From Planctomycetota bacterium (lineage in GTDB: Bacteria > Planctomycetota > UBA1135 > UBA2386): a stretch of DNA of 64,000 nt. Made by a program: the position numbers and the translations under genes. Below are positions 1 to 8,848 of the stretch, piece by piece. Location of the stretch: assembly GCA_965228735.1 (NCBI GenBank), contig OZ245838.1:6848001-6912000 (forward strand). Reading direction: 5' to 3'. Position 1 is the first letter of the stretch. Each line of letters opens with the position of its first letter. A model generated the notes under the pieces. The model was given only the letters and a program-made list of their open reading frames with translations, was not told the origin of the DNA and ran no database searches.

Positions 1-177
1 CAGGAGGGCGCCCTTGAGCACGAATCGTTCGGCGTGCTGCGTTTGGCAGAGGCGATACAGCAGTCGCTCGGCGCCGTAGCGCAGCAGGGTGAGCTGGAAG
101 TCCTCACCGCGGTCGCGAGCACCGTTGAGCAGGCGGCGATGGATGGATGCCGCCAGGTCCTTGGGCTCGCCGTTCAT
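1..177 (-). CDS. abiEii: AbiEii/AbiGii-family nucleotidyltransferase toxin, N-terminal part (runs off window)
   Basis: Manual translation from ATG at 177 (ATGA overlap with abiEi stop): MNGEPKDLAASIHRRLLNGARDRGEDFQLTLLRYGAERLLYRLCQTQHAERFVLKGALL. 'ERLLYRL...FVLKG' is the typical AbiEii N-terminus. Not in the ORF track. Confidence 0.85.
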   Translation of the reverse strand, partial: MNGEPKDLAASIHRRLLNGARDRGEDFQLTLLRYGAERLLYRLCQTQHAERFVLKGALL

Positions 178-788
178 GCGATGAGGACCTCCAGATCCTG
201 GCGAACGCGCTCGGGAGCTCCGCACTCCCGCGCCATGCGCAGCAGGCCGCTGGCGGAGACCTTCCGGCCACGCAGGCCTTCTCGGGCTGCTTCCAGCGCA
301 GTCTCCCGATCGATCAGTCTGGTCAGGCGGAAGCAGTCGATGATGGTCCGGGCAGGGTTCGTGATCTTGGTCGGCACTCCGTCGATCCGTGTCGGCTCGA
401 CGCCCGCGGTCAGTAGCACGCCGGAGAACCGGACGACCCGGACCTTGGTAGGCACGGAACGTGGGGCTCGCTGGCCGTAGGGGATCCCGATCCAGACCTC
501 CGGCGAGAGCCGGGTGCCGATGCCGTGGATCTGCAGCGCCGTCAGCAGACAGACGATGCCGCGCGGGACACGCGCGCAGGCCGCAGCGACGGAGTAGAGG
601 CCTGACGTGTCGGCTGCCACGAGTCGGTAGAGGCCGCGGGCGACCCGCTCCACCTCACCGCGGCGGACCAGGTTTCGTAGCATGGCTTCCGTGATGCCCA
701 GGGGCCTCAGGTCGCATGGCCGGAAGAAGGCGCCGAGCCCCGCCCTGCGAAGGGAGGTCGGGGTCAGTTTCGAGGCGGGGGCGGGCAT
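174..788 (-). CDS. abiEi: Type IV toxin-antitoxin AbiEi-family antitoxin/transcriptional regulator
   Basis: wHTH-like 'LRNLVRRGEVERVARGLYRL', 'VCLLTALQIHG' and 'TNPARTIIDCFR' motifs; coupled to the AbiEii-like ORF. Confidence 0.88.
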   Translation of the reverse strand: MPAPASKLTPTSLRRAGLGAFFRPCDLRPLGITEAMLRNLVRRGEVERVARGLYRLVAADTSGLYSVAAACARVPRGIVCLLTALQIHGIGTRLSPEVWIGIPYGQRAPRSVPTKVRVVRFSGVLLTAGVEPTRIDGVPTKITNPARTIIDCFRLTRLIDRETALEAAREGLRGRKVSASGLLRMARECGAPERVRQDLEVLIA

Positions 789-835
789 GGTGGAATATGT
801 CTACATGGTTGGGCTTCATGTGTGCAGTTTCCACC
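789..835. promoter_or_regulatory. Imperfect inverted repeat directly upstream of abiEi (putative autorepression operator)
   Basis: GGTGGAAtatgtctACATG-9 nt-CATGTgtgcagtTTCCACC; AT-richer than surroundings. Confidence 0.5.
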
Positions 836-875
836 CTCTCAGGAGGCCGAATCGATGTTCCGATTACGCGAAGTT

Positions 876-953
876 CGAGGAGCGTCACGACTGCTCCCCC
901 GATCCGGACTGGCTTCGTCACGTACTCCATGACGAAGAGCGTCCCGACTGCTC
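876..953. repeat. Two-copy 21-bp direct repeat with 36-nt spacer
   Basis: CGAGGAGCGTCACGACTGCTC (876-896) vs CGAAGAGCGTCCCGACTGCTC (933-953), 2 mismatches. Confidence 0.65.
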
Positions 954-1172
954 TACCATTTGACTAAGCCCGGGGTAGAGACTGACACAAACGGTCTCTA
1001 CCTCGGGCTTTGTCTTTATCTGGTCGACGTAGCACCCGACCAGGCTGCGGCGCTCCTCCAGGGTTCCTGAGGCCAGCACGGACTCCAGCCGGTCGAACTC
1101 GGCCGCGATCCGCTTCCGGAGTTTGGCACGGGTGGGGGATCCGCGGGTTTCGGTCCGAGCGTCGCGAGTCTG
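918..1172 (-). pseudogene. C-terminal remnant resembling a large serine recombinase
   Basis: Open frame between stops, with no start codon at its 5' end: ...RAKLRKRIAAEFDRLESVLASGTLEERRSLVGCYVDQIKTKPEVETVCVSLYPGLSQMVEQSGRSSSWST*. Coiled-coil end followed by 'T.EERR.L...V..I', typical of LSR C-termini. Confidence 0.45.
962..1017 (+). terminator. Strong stem-loop, intrinsic-terminator-like
   Basis: AAGCCCGGGGTAGAGAC (966-982) pairs with GTCTCTACCTCGGGCTT (994-1010) with one G-U; followed by TGTCTTT. Confidence 0.6.
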
Positions 1173-1321
1173 TCATGACCGGTCCGAGTCCGGCGTCTGT
1201 TCGGGCAGGCGCTGACCCTGGAGGCGGTCGGGTCGGGCACCCTCGTGGTCGATTGCAGCCAGTCCGTTCATGCGGGCGTCGGCGTCGCGCAGCAGGATGG
1301 TCCGAAACCAAGGAACTCCTC

Positions 1322-1795
1322 ATGGCTCCCCTGATCACTCTGCTCGTCACCTTCGCTGTTGCCCGCACCTGGACCGGACTCCGGGGGCACCGAGATTCCG
1401 GCCTGCGCGCCGCGCGCGCCGCATTGGCGGCGATGCTCGTCCTCACGGGCGTCGCGCACTTCGTCTCGACCGAGGCGATGGTGCAGATGGTGCCGCCGTT
1501 CTTGCCGGGCGCCGCGACGTTCGTCTACGCGACGGGTGTGCTCGAGCTCGGCGTCGCTGCGCTGCTGCTGTGGCGCTTCGCTCGGCCTACGCCGCGGCTC
1601 GGCTGGGCCCTCGCTGCGTTCTTCTTGGCGCTGCTTCCCGCGAACGTCTACTCGGCGGTCGCGGAGGTCGGGCTGGGCGGCCATGGCCCCGCATACCTGT
1701 GGTTCCGCATCCCGCTCCAGCTGCTCTTCATCGGCTGGGCGCTCGTGGCCACCGGCGCGGTGCAGCGCGGACGCGCGGTTGTCGCCGCGGCTTGA
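1322..1795 (+). CDS. DoxX-like membrane protein
   Basis: ATG at 1322 after AAGGA; 'GVAHF..MVQMVPPFLP', 'TGVLELG', 'LLPANVY', 'LWFRIPLQLLFIGWA'. Confidence 0.8.
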   Translation: MAPLITLLVTFAVARTWTGLRGHRDSGLRAARAALAAMLVLTGVAHFVSTEAMVQMVPPFLPGAATFVYATGVLELGVAALLLWRFARPTPRLGWALAAFFLALLPANVYSAVAEVGLGGHGPAYLWFRIPLQLLFIGWALVATGAVQRGRAVVAAA

Positions 1796-1824
1796 CGAGC
1801 TCGCCCTATGCGCGCTCGGAGCTC

Positions 1825-1951
1825 GCATGCGGTCTGAGAACGTCGTCGGAAAGCCGTGTGCGGGAAATCCGCACGCACGGTTTGAACGGGGGTCTCAGGT
1901 GGTGCAGGGCTCGCTTGCTTGTGTTTCCTTCATCACCTGAGATCTACCTAT
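1825..1951 (+). mobile_element. Group II intron 3' remnant (domains V and VI), no RT ORF
   Basis: DV: AAGCCGTGTGCGG-GAAA-TCCGC-AC-GCACGGTTT (1851-1883) with AGC triad and AC bulge. DVI stem GGGGGTCTCAGGTGGTG...CATCACCTGAGATCT-A-CC with bulged A, ending ...CTACCTAT. Confidence 0.85.
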
Positions 1952-2699
1952 GCACCTCCCCGACGCGGCGCCGTTCACGATCTGGCCCTCACGCCTCGCG
2001 GCGCAGGCGCCAGGGGACGCGAGCGCGCCGCATGCACACCACGCGATGCACCTCCTGCTCGCTAGGAGCGGAGACCTGCGGGTTCGCGAAGGGGGCGAAG
2101 TGCACTGCGCGCCCGGGGTGGTCACTGCTGCGGACGTCGAGCATGCGGTAGAGGCAGCCGGACGGGAAGTGGTGCTCGCATTCTGGGATCCCGAGTCGGA
2201 CGACGGCGCGAGCTTGCGCGCCACGTTCGAGGGCGGCGTGCGGCTGATCTCGGAGGCCGAACGACGCGCGTTGCTCGTCGACCTCCCCGAGGCCCCGGGG
2301 CGTGACGACCTCGACGCGTTCATGGCGCGCGCACGGGACACCCTCGCCGGGCCGACGTCGCGACCGCGCATGCACCCCGACGTGCGCGTGTTGCTGGAGT
2401 CACTGCGTGACGGCGCGGAGATCGACACCTCGCTCGAAGCGCTCGCCGCGCGCGTGAGCCTCTCGCCCTCGCGCCTGATGCACGTCTTCACCGAGTCGGT
2501 TGGCATCCCGCTGCGGCCCTATCTCCTGTGGCTGAAGCTGCAGCGCGCCGCGACGTCGATCGTGAACGGGGTGGGGCTCACGCAGGCGGCGATGGGGGCG
2601 GACTTCGCGGATGCGGCCCACATGAGCCGAACGTTCAAACGCATGTTCGGGATGACGCCCTCCGCGCTCCAACGGCGGAGCCGCCGCGCGTCGAGCTGA
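1950..2699 (+). CDS. AraC family transcriptional regulator
   Basis: Cupin-like 'HAHHAMHL'; C-terminal 'LAARVSLSPSRLMHVF..SVG' and 'FADAAHMSRTFKRMFGMTPS'. Confidence 0.9.
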   Translation: MHLPDAAPFTIWPSRLAAQAPGDASAPHAHHAMHLLLARSGDLRVREGGEVHCAPGVVTAADVEHAVEAAGREVVLAFWDPESDDGASLRATFEGGVRLISEAERRALLVDLPEAPGRDDLDAFMARARDTLAGPTSRPRMHPDVRVLLESLRDGAEIDTSLEALAARVSLSPSRLMHVFTESVGIPLRPYLLWLKLQRAATSIVNGVGLTQAAMGADFADAAHMSRTFKRMFGMTPSALQRRSRRASS

Positions 2700-2724
2700 A
2701 GCAACTCGCGAACCGGTCGCTGTC

Positions 2725-4875
2725 CTACTGCCGCTCCAGATCGACGATGACTTCGGTCGTTTCACCCTCGCGCACTTCGATGCGGCGCGGTGGGATCGGG
2801 CGGAACCGGCCCTTGCCGATGCCCTCGAAACTGATCTCGTACAGCCCTGGCGCGTCTGCTTCGAGCATCCAGTAGTTCAGGTAGCCGACGTTGCCTTCGT
2901 GTCCGATCGGGCGGACGGTCTTGGCGATTCCGTTGTAGATGCCTTCGTCGCGCGGAAGCGTGGCGCCGTCGACGCGGAAGTCGAACTTGATGGTGTAGCC
3001 CGGTCCGAGTTCGTAGCGGACGTGCTGGAGACCTCGGACGAGGTCGAGTTCCTGCTGGCGATGAGCCAGGCCCAGATCGTCCGGAAGCCGGTAGGTGCGC
3101 AGCAGCACCGGGCCGGGGGCGGCCCAGATGCGGAAGTGACCGGGTGAGCCATCGTATCGGGTGGCCTGGCGTTGGCTGCTGTGGTCGTGATGGATGCGGT
3201 CCGTCAGCTCCTCGCGGCTGGAGAACCGGATGATCTCGAGCGGGATCCGCTCACCCGTCTGGGCGTGTACGGTTTCGACTACCAGCTCGGCGAGCTCGGG
3301 AACCACGAACTCCAGGTCGTCGCGACCGCCCGTCGGAAGCTCGATCATCCAGTTCTTCTCGAACGGCATGAGCCGGACCTGGTAGCGGCCGACCGGCAGG
3401 CCTTCCAGACGGAACGCCCACGTCGGGAGCGCGCCCACCGCGGGCTCCATGTCGGCTAGCGTGATCTCGTAGTCGGGTTCGCCGTACTTGTAGTCCGACT
3501 TGTAGAGCCACAAGCGAACGTCTTTCTCGCCGCCGAACGTGGGAAACGAGAGCCTGCCGGCGAGGTTCGTCAGCTCCGGGGGCGCGGGTGAGTCGTCCAG
3601 CACCAGCATCACCTCGTGCTGCCTGCCGGCGACCAGCGTGATCTTCTCGCGCGCGAGCACGTGCCGCTTCCGCCATGAGAAGTCGTGGCCCAGCTCCACC
3701 GAGACGCTGTGCTCGCCCGGACTCAGATTCTCGATCCGGATCCCTTCGGCCGCGAGCGTCTCGTCGAGCTCTTGGCAGAACACACCATCCACATTCCCGT
3801 CCGGTCGGAGGCTCCCGACGCAGATCGTCGCCGGCTTGTCGAGCTTCGCGTACTCCCCGAGCTGCACGTTCGCGAACCGAACGTTCATCGTCGTGGCCGG
3901 TCCCAACAGCAGCTCGCGTTCGCTGCCCTTGCTGACGTCGATCACTATGCGGCCCCAGGCGTAGCCGGGGGCGCGCGCGTAGACCATCACTCCGCGCTCG
4001 TTCTCTTCGGGCTGCACGAGGTCGGTGGGCTCCGGTGCCTCGCCCGCCGTGGCCGGCCGCAGCGCGATGCCCGCGACGTGATCGTCGCGCTCCTTCGCCT
4101 TGCGCCCGCCGAGCAGCGCGATGGGGGAGCTCAGGCCGTCACCGAGCTTTGTGAAGATGTCGTCCGATCCAGGTTGCTGGTGCAAGCCCATGAACGCCGT
4201 CGGCACGCAGCGGAGCTCGACGTCTTCGAGGTGCTCCTTCGTGAACGCGTCCCGCACCGAGAGCGCGAACTCCGGCCAGAAGACGACCTCTGCGAACTGA
4301 ACGCGAGCTTCGTAGATGGTCTGGCCGTTGCTGGATTCGATGCCGGCGGTCGCCGGCACGCGGATCGTCTCGCGCAGGTACAGCGGATGTTCCACTGCGA
4401 CCTTCAGCTCGTCGAAACTCTGTTCCGGATACTGCGCCGCCACGGCCGCGAGGTACGAGTCGAGGCCGAACTCGCTCGTCGTACCCTGGCTCTGCCACGA
4501 CTCGCGGATGCGCGCGGTTCTCTGCTTGCCCTCGTCGTAGGTTCGGACCGTGATCCTTGCCTCGGCGGCGCTCTCGTCCGGCATCCCCTCGAGGATCACA
4601 CGCAGAACGTTCGTTCCGGCGGCCGCAGAGCCGGTCGACACCTCGGCGACCAGGATTCGCTCCGCGTCGTCCGCGGGGTTCCGCTGCGAGGCGTCGGTGG
4701 CCCGCTCGGCGGCCGCCGTTACACCGGTCTCCAGGGGCGCGATGGACGGCGATGTCGCCGGTGCGTCGCCGGGTAGCGGGCCAGCCGGAATGGCGTCGGT
4801 CCGTGTGAGCCACCAGCAGCCGGCGGCACCGACTGCGATCACGACGGCGACCGCGATGAGATGAGAGCGTTGCAT
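2725..4875 (-). CDS. Membrane-anchored/secreted protein with Ig-like (carboxypeptidase-regulatory-like) beta-sandwich repeats
   Basis: N-terminal hydrophobic helix (MQRSHLIAVAVVIAVGAAGCWW); 'ARAPGYA', 'LSPGEH', 'LPVGRYQV' motifs. Confidence 0.6.
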   Translation of the reverse strand: MQRSHLIAVAVVIAVGAAGCWWLTRTDAIPAGPLPGDAPATSPSIAPLETGVTAAAERATDASQRNPADDAERILVAEVSTGSAAAGTNVLRVILEGMPDESAAEARITVRTYDEGKQRTARIRESWQSQGTTSEFGLDSYLAAVAAQYPEQSFDELKVAVEHPLYLRETIRVPATAGIESSNGQTIYEARVQFAEVVFWPEFALSVRDAFTKEHLEDVELRCVPTAFMGLHQQPGSDDIFTKLGDGLSSPIALLGGRKAKERDDHVAGIALRPATAGEAPEPTDLVQPEENERGVMVYARAPGYAWGRIVIDVSKGSERELLLGPATTMNVRFANVQLGEYAKLDKPATICVGSLRPDGNVDGVFCQELDETLAAEGIRIENLSPGEHSVSVELGHDFSWRKRHVLAREKITLVAGRQHEVMLVLDDSPAPPELTNLAGRLSFPTFGGEKDVRLWLYKSDYKYGEPDYEITLADMEPAVGALPTWAFRLEGLPVGRYQVRLMPFEKNWMIELPTGGRDDLEFVVPELAELVVETVHAQTGERIPLEIIRFSSREELTDRIHHDHSSQRQATRYDGSPGHFRIWAAPGPVLLRTYRLPDDLGLAHRQQELDLVRGLQHVRYELGPGYTIKFDFRVDGATLPRDEGIYNGIAKTVRPIGHEGNVGYLNYWMLEADAPGLYEISFEGIGKGRFRPIPPRRIEVREGETTEVIVDLERQ

Positions 4876-5000
4876 GGCGAAACGGGCGCTGGCGAGGCTC
4901 TGGCAATGATGCCGGACGACGGCTTCGACGGGGCAGAACTCCCGCAAGCCGGCCGAGGTCGAGTCGTGGCAGCGCCCCGTTCGGTTCGATGTCTCGCAGC

Positions 5001-5028
5001 TGAACCGCCCCGGCGTTCCCGGAGGCTC
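5001..5028 (+). mobile_element. Solo IS3-family (IS6110/IS51-group-like) terminal inverted repeat
   Basis: TGAACCGCCCCGGCGTTCCCGGAGGCTC resembles the IS6110 end as I recall it (TGAACCGCCCCGGCATGTCCGGAGACTC); no transposase follows. Confidence 0.65.
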
Positions 5029-5150
5029 CTCCGTAGCTTGCGACGAGCCGCGCGCGGCGCGTTCGCGGCCCGCTCCCTGACACCAACGCCACGGACGAAC
5101 GCCAAGATCGCACTCAGCGGGCGGCGACGTCCGCTAAAATAGCGGCTTCG

Positions 5151-8100
5151 ATGACCAGTCGAGGTCGAACGTCCGCGGGTTGCACGCCAGTCGTCACGGT
5201 GCTGGTCGCACTGTTCGCCGGGCCGGCCAGCGCGCAGTCGCGCGACTTCCCGGTCTATCGCGCGCCGCTGCAGGCGTTCGAGCCGGGCGAGGGGCTCGCC
5301 GGCCTCGCGCAGACGTCCGACGGCTTCCTGTGGACGGCGACGAGGCGCGCGCTGCTGCGTTTCGACGGCGTCGAGACGCGCCGCTTCACGCCTGCAGGCG
5401 AGCAGCTGGCGGGCATCACGTTCCTGCCGCGCTGGCTGGCCAGGAGCCGCGACGACCGCCTCTGGCTGCCGTCCGCCGCCGGCCTCGTCGCCTTCGACCC
5501 CGTGCGCGAGACGTTCACGCGGTACCGGCCGAAGGCCGCCGCGCCGTCGCGCGAACAGCTCCGCGTCGGCGCCGTCGTCGAGGACGCGCACGGCGGCATC
5601 TGGGCGTGCACGGGCGCCGGCATCGCGCGCGTGGATCCGACGACGCGCACGTTCGAGGTCCGCCACGTCCTCGACCGGGGTTCGCTGGGCCAGCTCGCAC
5701 CCGCCGCCGAGCCGCGGCCCCCACGCTACGACTACGCGCAACGGGCCGTGCGCGGTCCCGGCGGGCAGCTCTGGATCGGCACGCACTACGGCGTATGCCG
5801 CTTCGATCCCGACAGCGGCCGCTCGCGGCGGTTGTTCCTGCAGGAGCCGGGGCAGCCGTGCGCCGTCGGTGGGATTGCGTTCGCGCGCAGCGGTCTGTTG
5901 TGGGTCGGCACGGCCGCAGGGCTGTACTGCGTCGACCCGCGCGCCTTCACGGCGCAGCGCGTCGAGTCGACCCGCCACCTGCACGTCACCGATCTCGGCG
6001 TCGATGCCGCAGATCGGGTCTGGGTCTCGACCGTCCAGCGTTCGCTGCAGGTGCGGGACAGCGAGGGGCGGCTGCTGAGCCGCCTGCGCCTGGACGGGGT
6101 TCCGGTCTCGACCGCGCTGCCGCGCGCGCGCGCCACGCGATTCCGCCCGACGGACGCGCGGATCGCGATCCGCAGCCCGGCCGTGCGCAACGTGCTCCAC
6201 GATCGCGCCGGGCGCGTGTGGGCGGTGAACCCGGCCGGGCTGTGGAGCGGGGACATCGCCACCGGGTTCGAGACCTATCGCGTCCCCGGGATCGCCGACG
6301 AGGTCGCGAGCCACGGACTGTCCGCATGGTCGGACTCCGACGGCACCATGTGGTTCGGCTGCAACCAGACCGGCCTGCACCGGATCGCGGCGGACGGGCT
6401 CTCGGTCGAGCAGGTGTTCGTCGACGCGCACTCCCGGCGCGGCAACGTCTGGGCATGCCGGCGCGACGCGCGCGGCGACCTGTGGTTCTCGGACTCGGCC
6501 AAGCTGCTGCGCATGCGCGAGCCCGCGACGTTCGAGACCGCGACGTTCGCGCCGCGGCCGTCGTTGGTCTCGGGCCTGCACGAAGACGCCAGCGGCAAAC
6601 TGCTCGCCGTCGCCCGGATCGACGGCGAGGACTGCATCTGCGTGTACGGCCTCGATGCGTTGCGCTGGGCGCCGGTCGAACACCTGGCGTGGGACGCCGC
6701 CACCGCGCCGACCGCCGGCGAGTGGTTCTGCGGCACGTCGGCGATGCTGCTCTGGGATGCGGGCGCGCGACGGGCGCACCGGTTGCCGCTCGCCGCGCTC
6801 CCGCCGGACTGCCGCGTGCGCGAGCCCAGTTGCTGCGGCGACGGCGCGGGCGGCTTCTGGCTGCTGGGGCACCGCGATTTGCACCACTTCGAGGCGAGCA
6901 CCGGTCGGCCCCGTTCGGTGCCGTCCCTGCAGCGTCTCCTGGCGCAGGGCGGACGTCCGACGTCCATCACCCGCGGACCGAACGGCACACTGTGGCTGTT
7001 CACGGCGCGGTCGGCGTTCGCGTTCGACCCGCTGGACGAGGCGTGGCGCTCGTTCGGGGGCGCGCACGGGCTGCCGGACACCGAGATCCATGCGAGCCGA
7101 CGGACCCCGTCGGGCCATATCGTGCTCGCGACCGACGAAGGCGTCGTGCGCTTCGACCCCGAGGAGGTGCTGCGGTCAGCGCCAGCTCCCGACCCGATGC
7201 TGCTCGAGACGCGCGTCGCGGGCGAGCCCGTCCAACGGGGCCCGCTCGAGCTCGGCTACCGCCAGGACCTGGTCTCGTTCCGGTTCGCCGCCGTTCTCGA
7301 ACGCGAGCCGCGTTGGCTCGAGTACTCGTTCCGGCTCGACGGGATCGACGCCGACTGGCGATCGAACGGCAGCCACCGCGAGCTCACGTTCGCCAACCTC
7401 CCGGCGGGTCGCTACCGGCTGATCGCGCGCGCGCGGCGGACCGGCGAGGCGTGGTCGGCCGAACGCGGCCTGGCGGAGCTCGTCATCCACCCGCCGTGGT
7501 GGGGGAACGGCTGGTTTCGCGCGGCCATTGTGATCGCCGCGGCGCTCACGCTGCTCGGCTTCTACCGGCTGCGCACGCGTGCGATGCGCGAGCGCGCCGC
7601 GGCGCTGCAGCTGAAGAACGAGCTGCAGTCGCAGCTCGCGGAGTCGCGCCGGCTCGAGTCGCTCGGACGGCTGGCCGGCGGCGTGTCGCACGACTTCAAC
7701 AACATCATGACGGCGCTGCTCGGACATTCGGAGCTGCTCGAGCTCGCGGTCGAAGGGGCGCCCGCGGCGGCGATGGCGGAGGTCCAGGAGATCCGCCGTT
7801 CGTGCGACCGCGCGACGGAGCTGACCCGACAGCTGCTCGCGTTCAGCCGCCGTCAGGTCCAGGTGCCGAGCGTGTTCGATCCGGGGCCCGTGCTGCGGCA
7901 GCTGGTGCCGATGGTCCGGCGGCTGATCCCGTCCGGCATCGAGCTCACGATCGACGTTCCCGAAGGGCTCGGCCGGATCCGGGCCGATCGCGGCCAGCTC
8001 GAGCAGGTCGTCGTCAACCTCGTCACCAACGCGCGCGACGCGCTGCCGAACGGCGGACGGATCGCGATCCAGCTGACGACGCGCGACCTCGACCGGGCCC

Positions 8101-8783
8101 ACGTCGCGCAGCATCCGGACGCGCGCGAAGGGCCGCACCTGGTCGTCTCTGTCACCGACAACGGCCAGGGCATTCCCTCCGAGCTGCTGCCGCACGTGTT
8201 CGAGCCGTTCTTCACGACCAAGCCGTTGGACCGCGGCACCGGGCTCGGCCTGGCGTCGGCCTTCGGCATCGTGCACCAGTCCGGCGGCCACATCACGGTC
8301 ACCAGCCGCGTTGGCGAAGGCACCGAGTTCGGCGTGCACTTCCCGATGTGCGCGGCGCCGGCGAGCCCGATGCCCGAGCGCGCGGCGACGCCCGTGCCCG
8401 ACGTCGCGTCGGCCGAGCGGACGGTGCTGCTCTGCGACGACGACCCGGCGATCGTCGAGATGGCGACGCGCGCGCTCACCCGCCACGGCTACCGGGTCGT
8501 TTCCGCCAGTTCGCCACGGATCGCGCTCGAACTGGTTCGCGAGCAGGGCGTCGAAGTCGACCTGCTGGTCACCGACCTCGTGATGCCCGGCATGCGCGGC
8601 GGCGATCTCGCGCGCGCGATCCGCGAACACCACCCGGAGCTGCCCGTGCTGTTCATCTCGGGCTACAGCGAAGAGGACCTGCCGGAGCTCGACGACGACC
8701 TCGCGACCGACTTCCTGGCGAAGCCGTTCTCGGGCAGCCAGATCGCCGAGCGCCTCGTCGGGTTGATGGCCGCGGCCGAGTAG
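5151..8783 (+). CDS. Hybrid sensor histidine kinase: periplasmic beta-propeller + Y_Y_Y + TM + HisKA/HATPase + receiver
   Basis: Signal peptide; repeated 'D..G.LW.GT..G'; 'YSFRLDG.D..W...NLPAGRY'; 'PPWW'; 'LAGGVSHDFNN'; 'FEPFFTTK..GTGLGL'; REC 'DLLVTDLVMPGM...KPF'. Confidence 0.92.
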   Translation: MTSRGRTSAGCTPVVTVLVALFAGPASAQSRDFPVYRAPLQAFEPGEGLAGLAQTSDGFLWTATRRALLRFDGVETRRFTPAGEQLAGITFLPRWLARSRDDRLWLPSAAGLVAFDPVRETFTRYRPKAAAPSREQLRVGAVVEDAHGGIWACTGAGIARVDPTTRTFEVRHVLDRGSLGQLAPAAEPRPPRYDYAQRAVRGPGGQLWIGTHYGVCRFDPDSGRSRRLFLQEPGQPCAVGGIAFARSGLLWVGTAAGLYCVDPRAFTAQRVESTRHLHVTDLGVDAADRVWVSTVQRSLQVRDSEGRLLSRLRLDGVPVSTALPRARATRFRPTDARIAIRSPAVRNVLHDRAGRVWAVNPAGLWSGDIATGFETYRVPGIADEVASHGLSAWSDSDGTMWFGCNQTGLHRIAADGLSVEQVFVDAHSRRGNVWACRRDARGDLWFSDSAKLLRMREPATFETATFAPRPSLVSGLHEDASGKLLAVARIDGEDCICVYGLDALRWAPVEHLAWDAATAPTAGEWFCGTSAMLLWDAGARRAHRLPLAALPPDCRVREPSCCGDGAGGFWLLGHRDLHHFEASTGRPRSVPSLQRLLAQGGRPTSITRGPNGTLWLFTARSAFAFDPLDEAWRSFGGAHGLPDTEIHASRRTPSGHIVLATDEGVVRFDPEEVLRSAPAPDPMLLETRVAGEPVQRGPLELGYRQDLVSFRFAAVLEREPRWLEYSFRLDGIDADWRSNGSHRELTFANLPAGRYRLIARARRTGEAWSAERGLAELVIHPPWWGNGWFRAAIVIAAALTLLGFYRLRTRAMRERAAALQLKNELQSQLAESRRLESLGRLAGGVSHDFNNIMTALLGHSELLELAVEGAPAAAMAEVQEIRRSCDRATELTRQLLAFSRRQVQVPSVFDPGPVLRQLVPMVRRLIPSGIELTIDVPEGLGRIRADRGQLEQVVVNLVTNARDALPNGGRIAIQLTTRDLDRAHVAQHPDAREGPHLVVSVTDNGQGIPSELLPHVFEPFFTTKPLDRGTGLGLASAFGIVHQSGGHITVTSRVGEGTEFGVHFPMCAAPASPMPERAATPVPDVASAERTVLLCDDDPAIVEMATRALTRHGYRVVSASSPRIALELVREQGVEVDLLVTDLVMPGMRGGDLARAIREHHPELPVLFISGYSEEDLPELDDDLATDFLAKPFSGSQIAERLVGLMAAAE

Positions 8784-8848
8784 CGGAGGCGCGCGCGCAA
8801 TCGAGGCCAGAGACGAGGAGGCGCGCAAGAGCAGCGTCTGCCGCCGCG

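Noticed and set aside
876..953. CRISPR array
   Set aside because: Only two short repeats and no cas genes in the window
930..975. Complete tRNA gene (TTAGTCAAATGGTAGAGCA on minus strand; ACCA end on plus strand)
   Set aside because: No TTC T-loop or full cloverleaf on either strand
1359..1940. ORF containing 'GKPCAGNPHARFERG'
   Set aside because: Spurious translation of intron domain V RNA
820..1951. Full group II intron starting at GTGTG (820) and carrying doxX as cargo
   Set aside because: GTGTG lies within the abiE operator repeat; intervening DNA is otherwise explained and shows no recognisable DI-DIII
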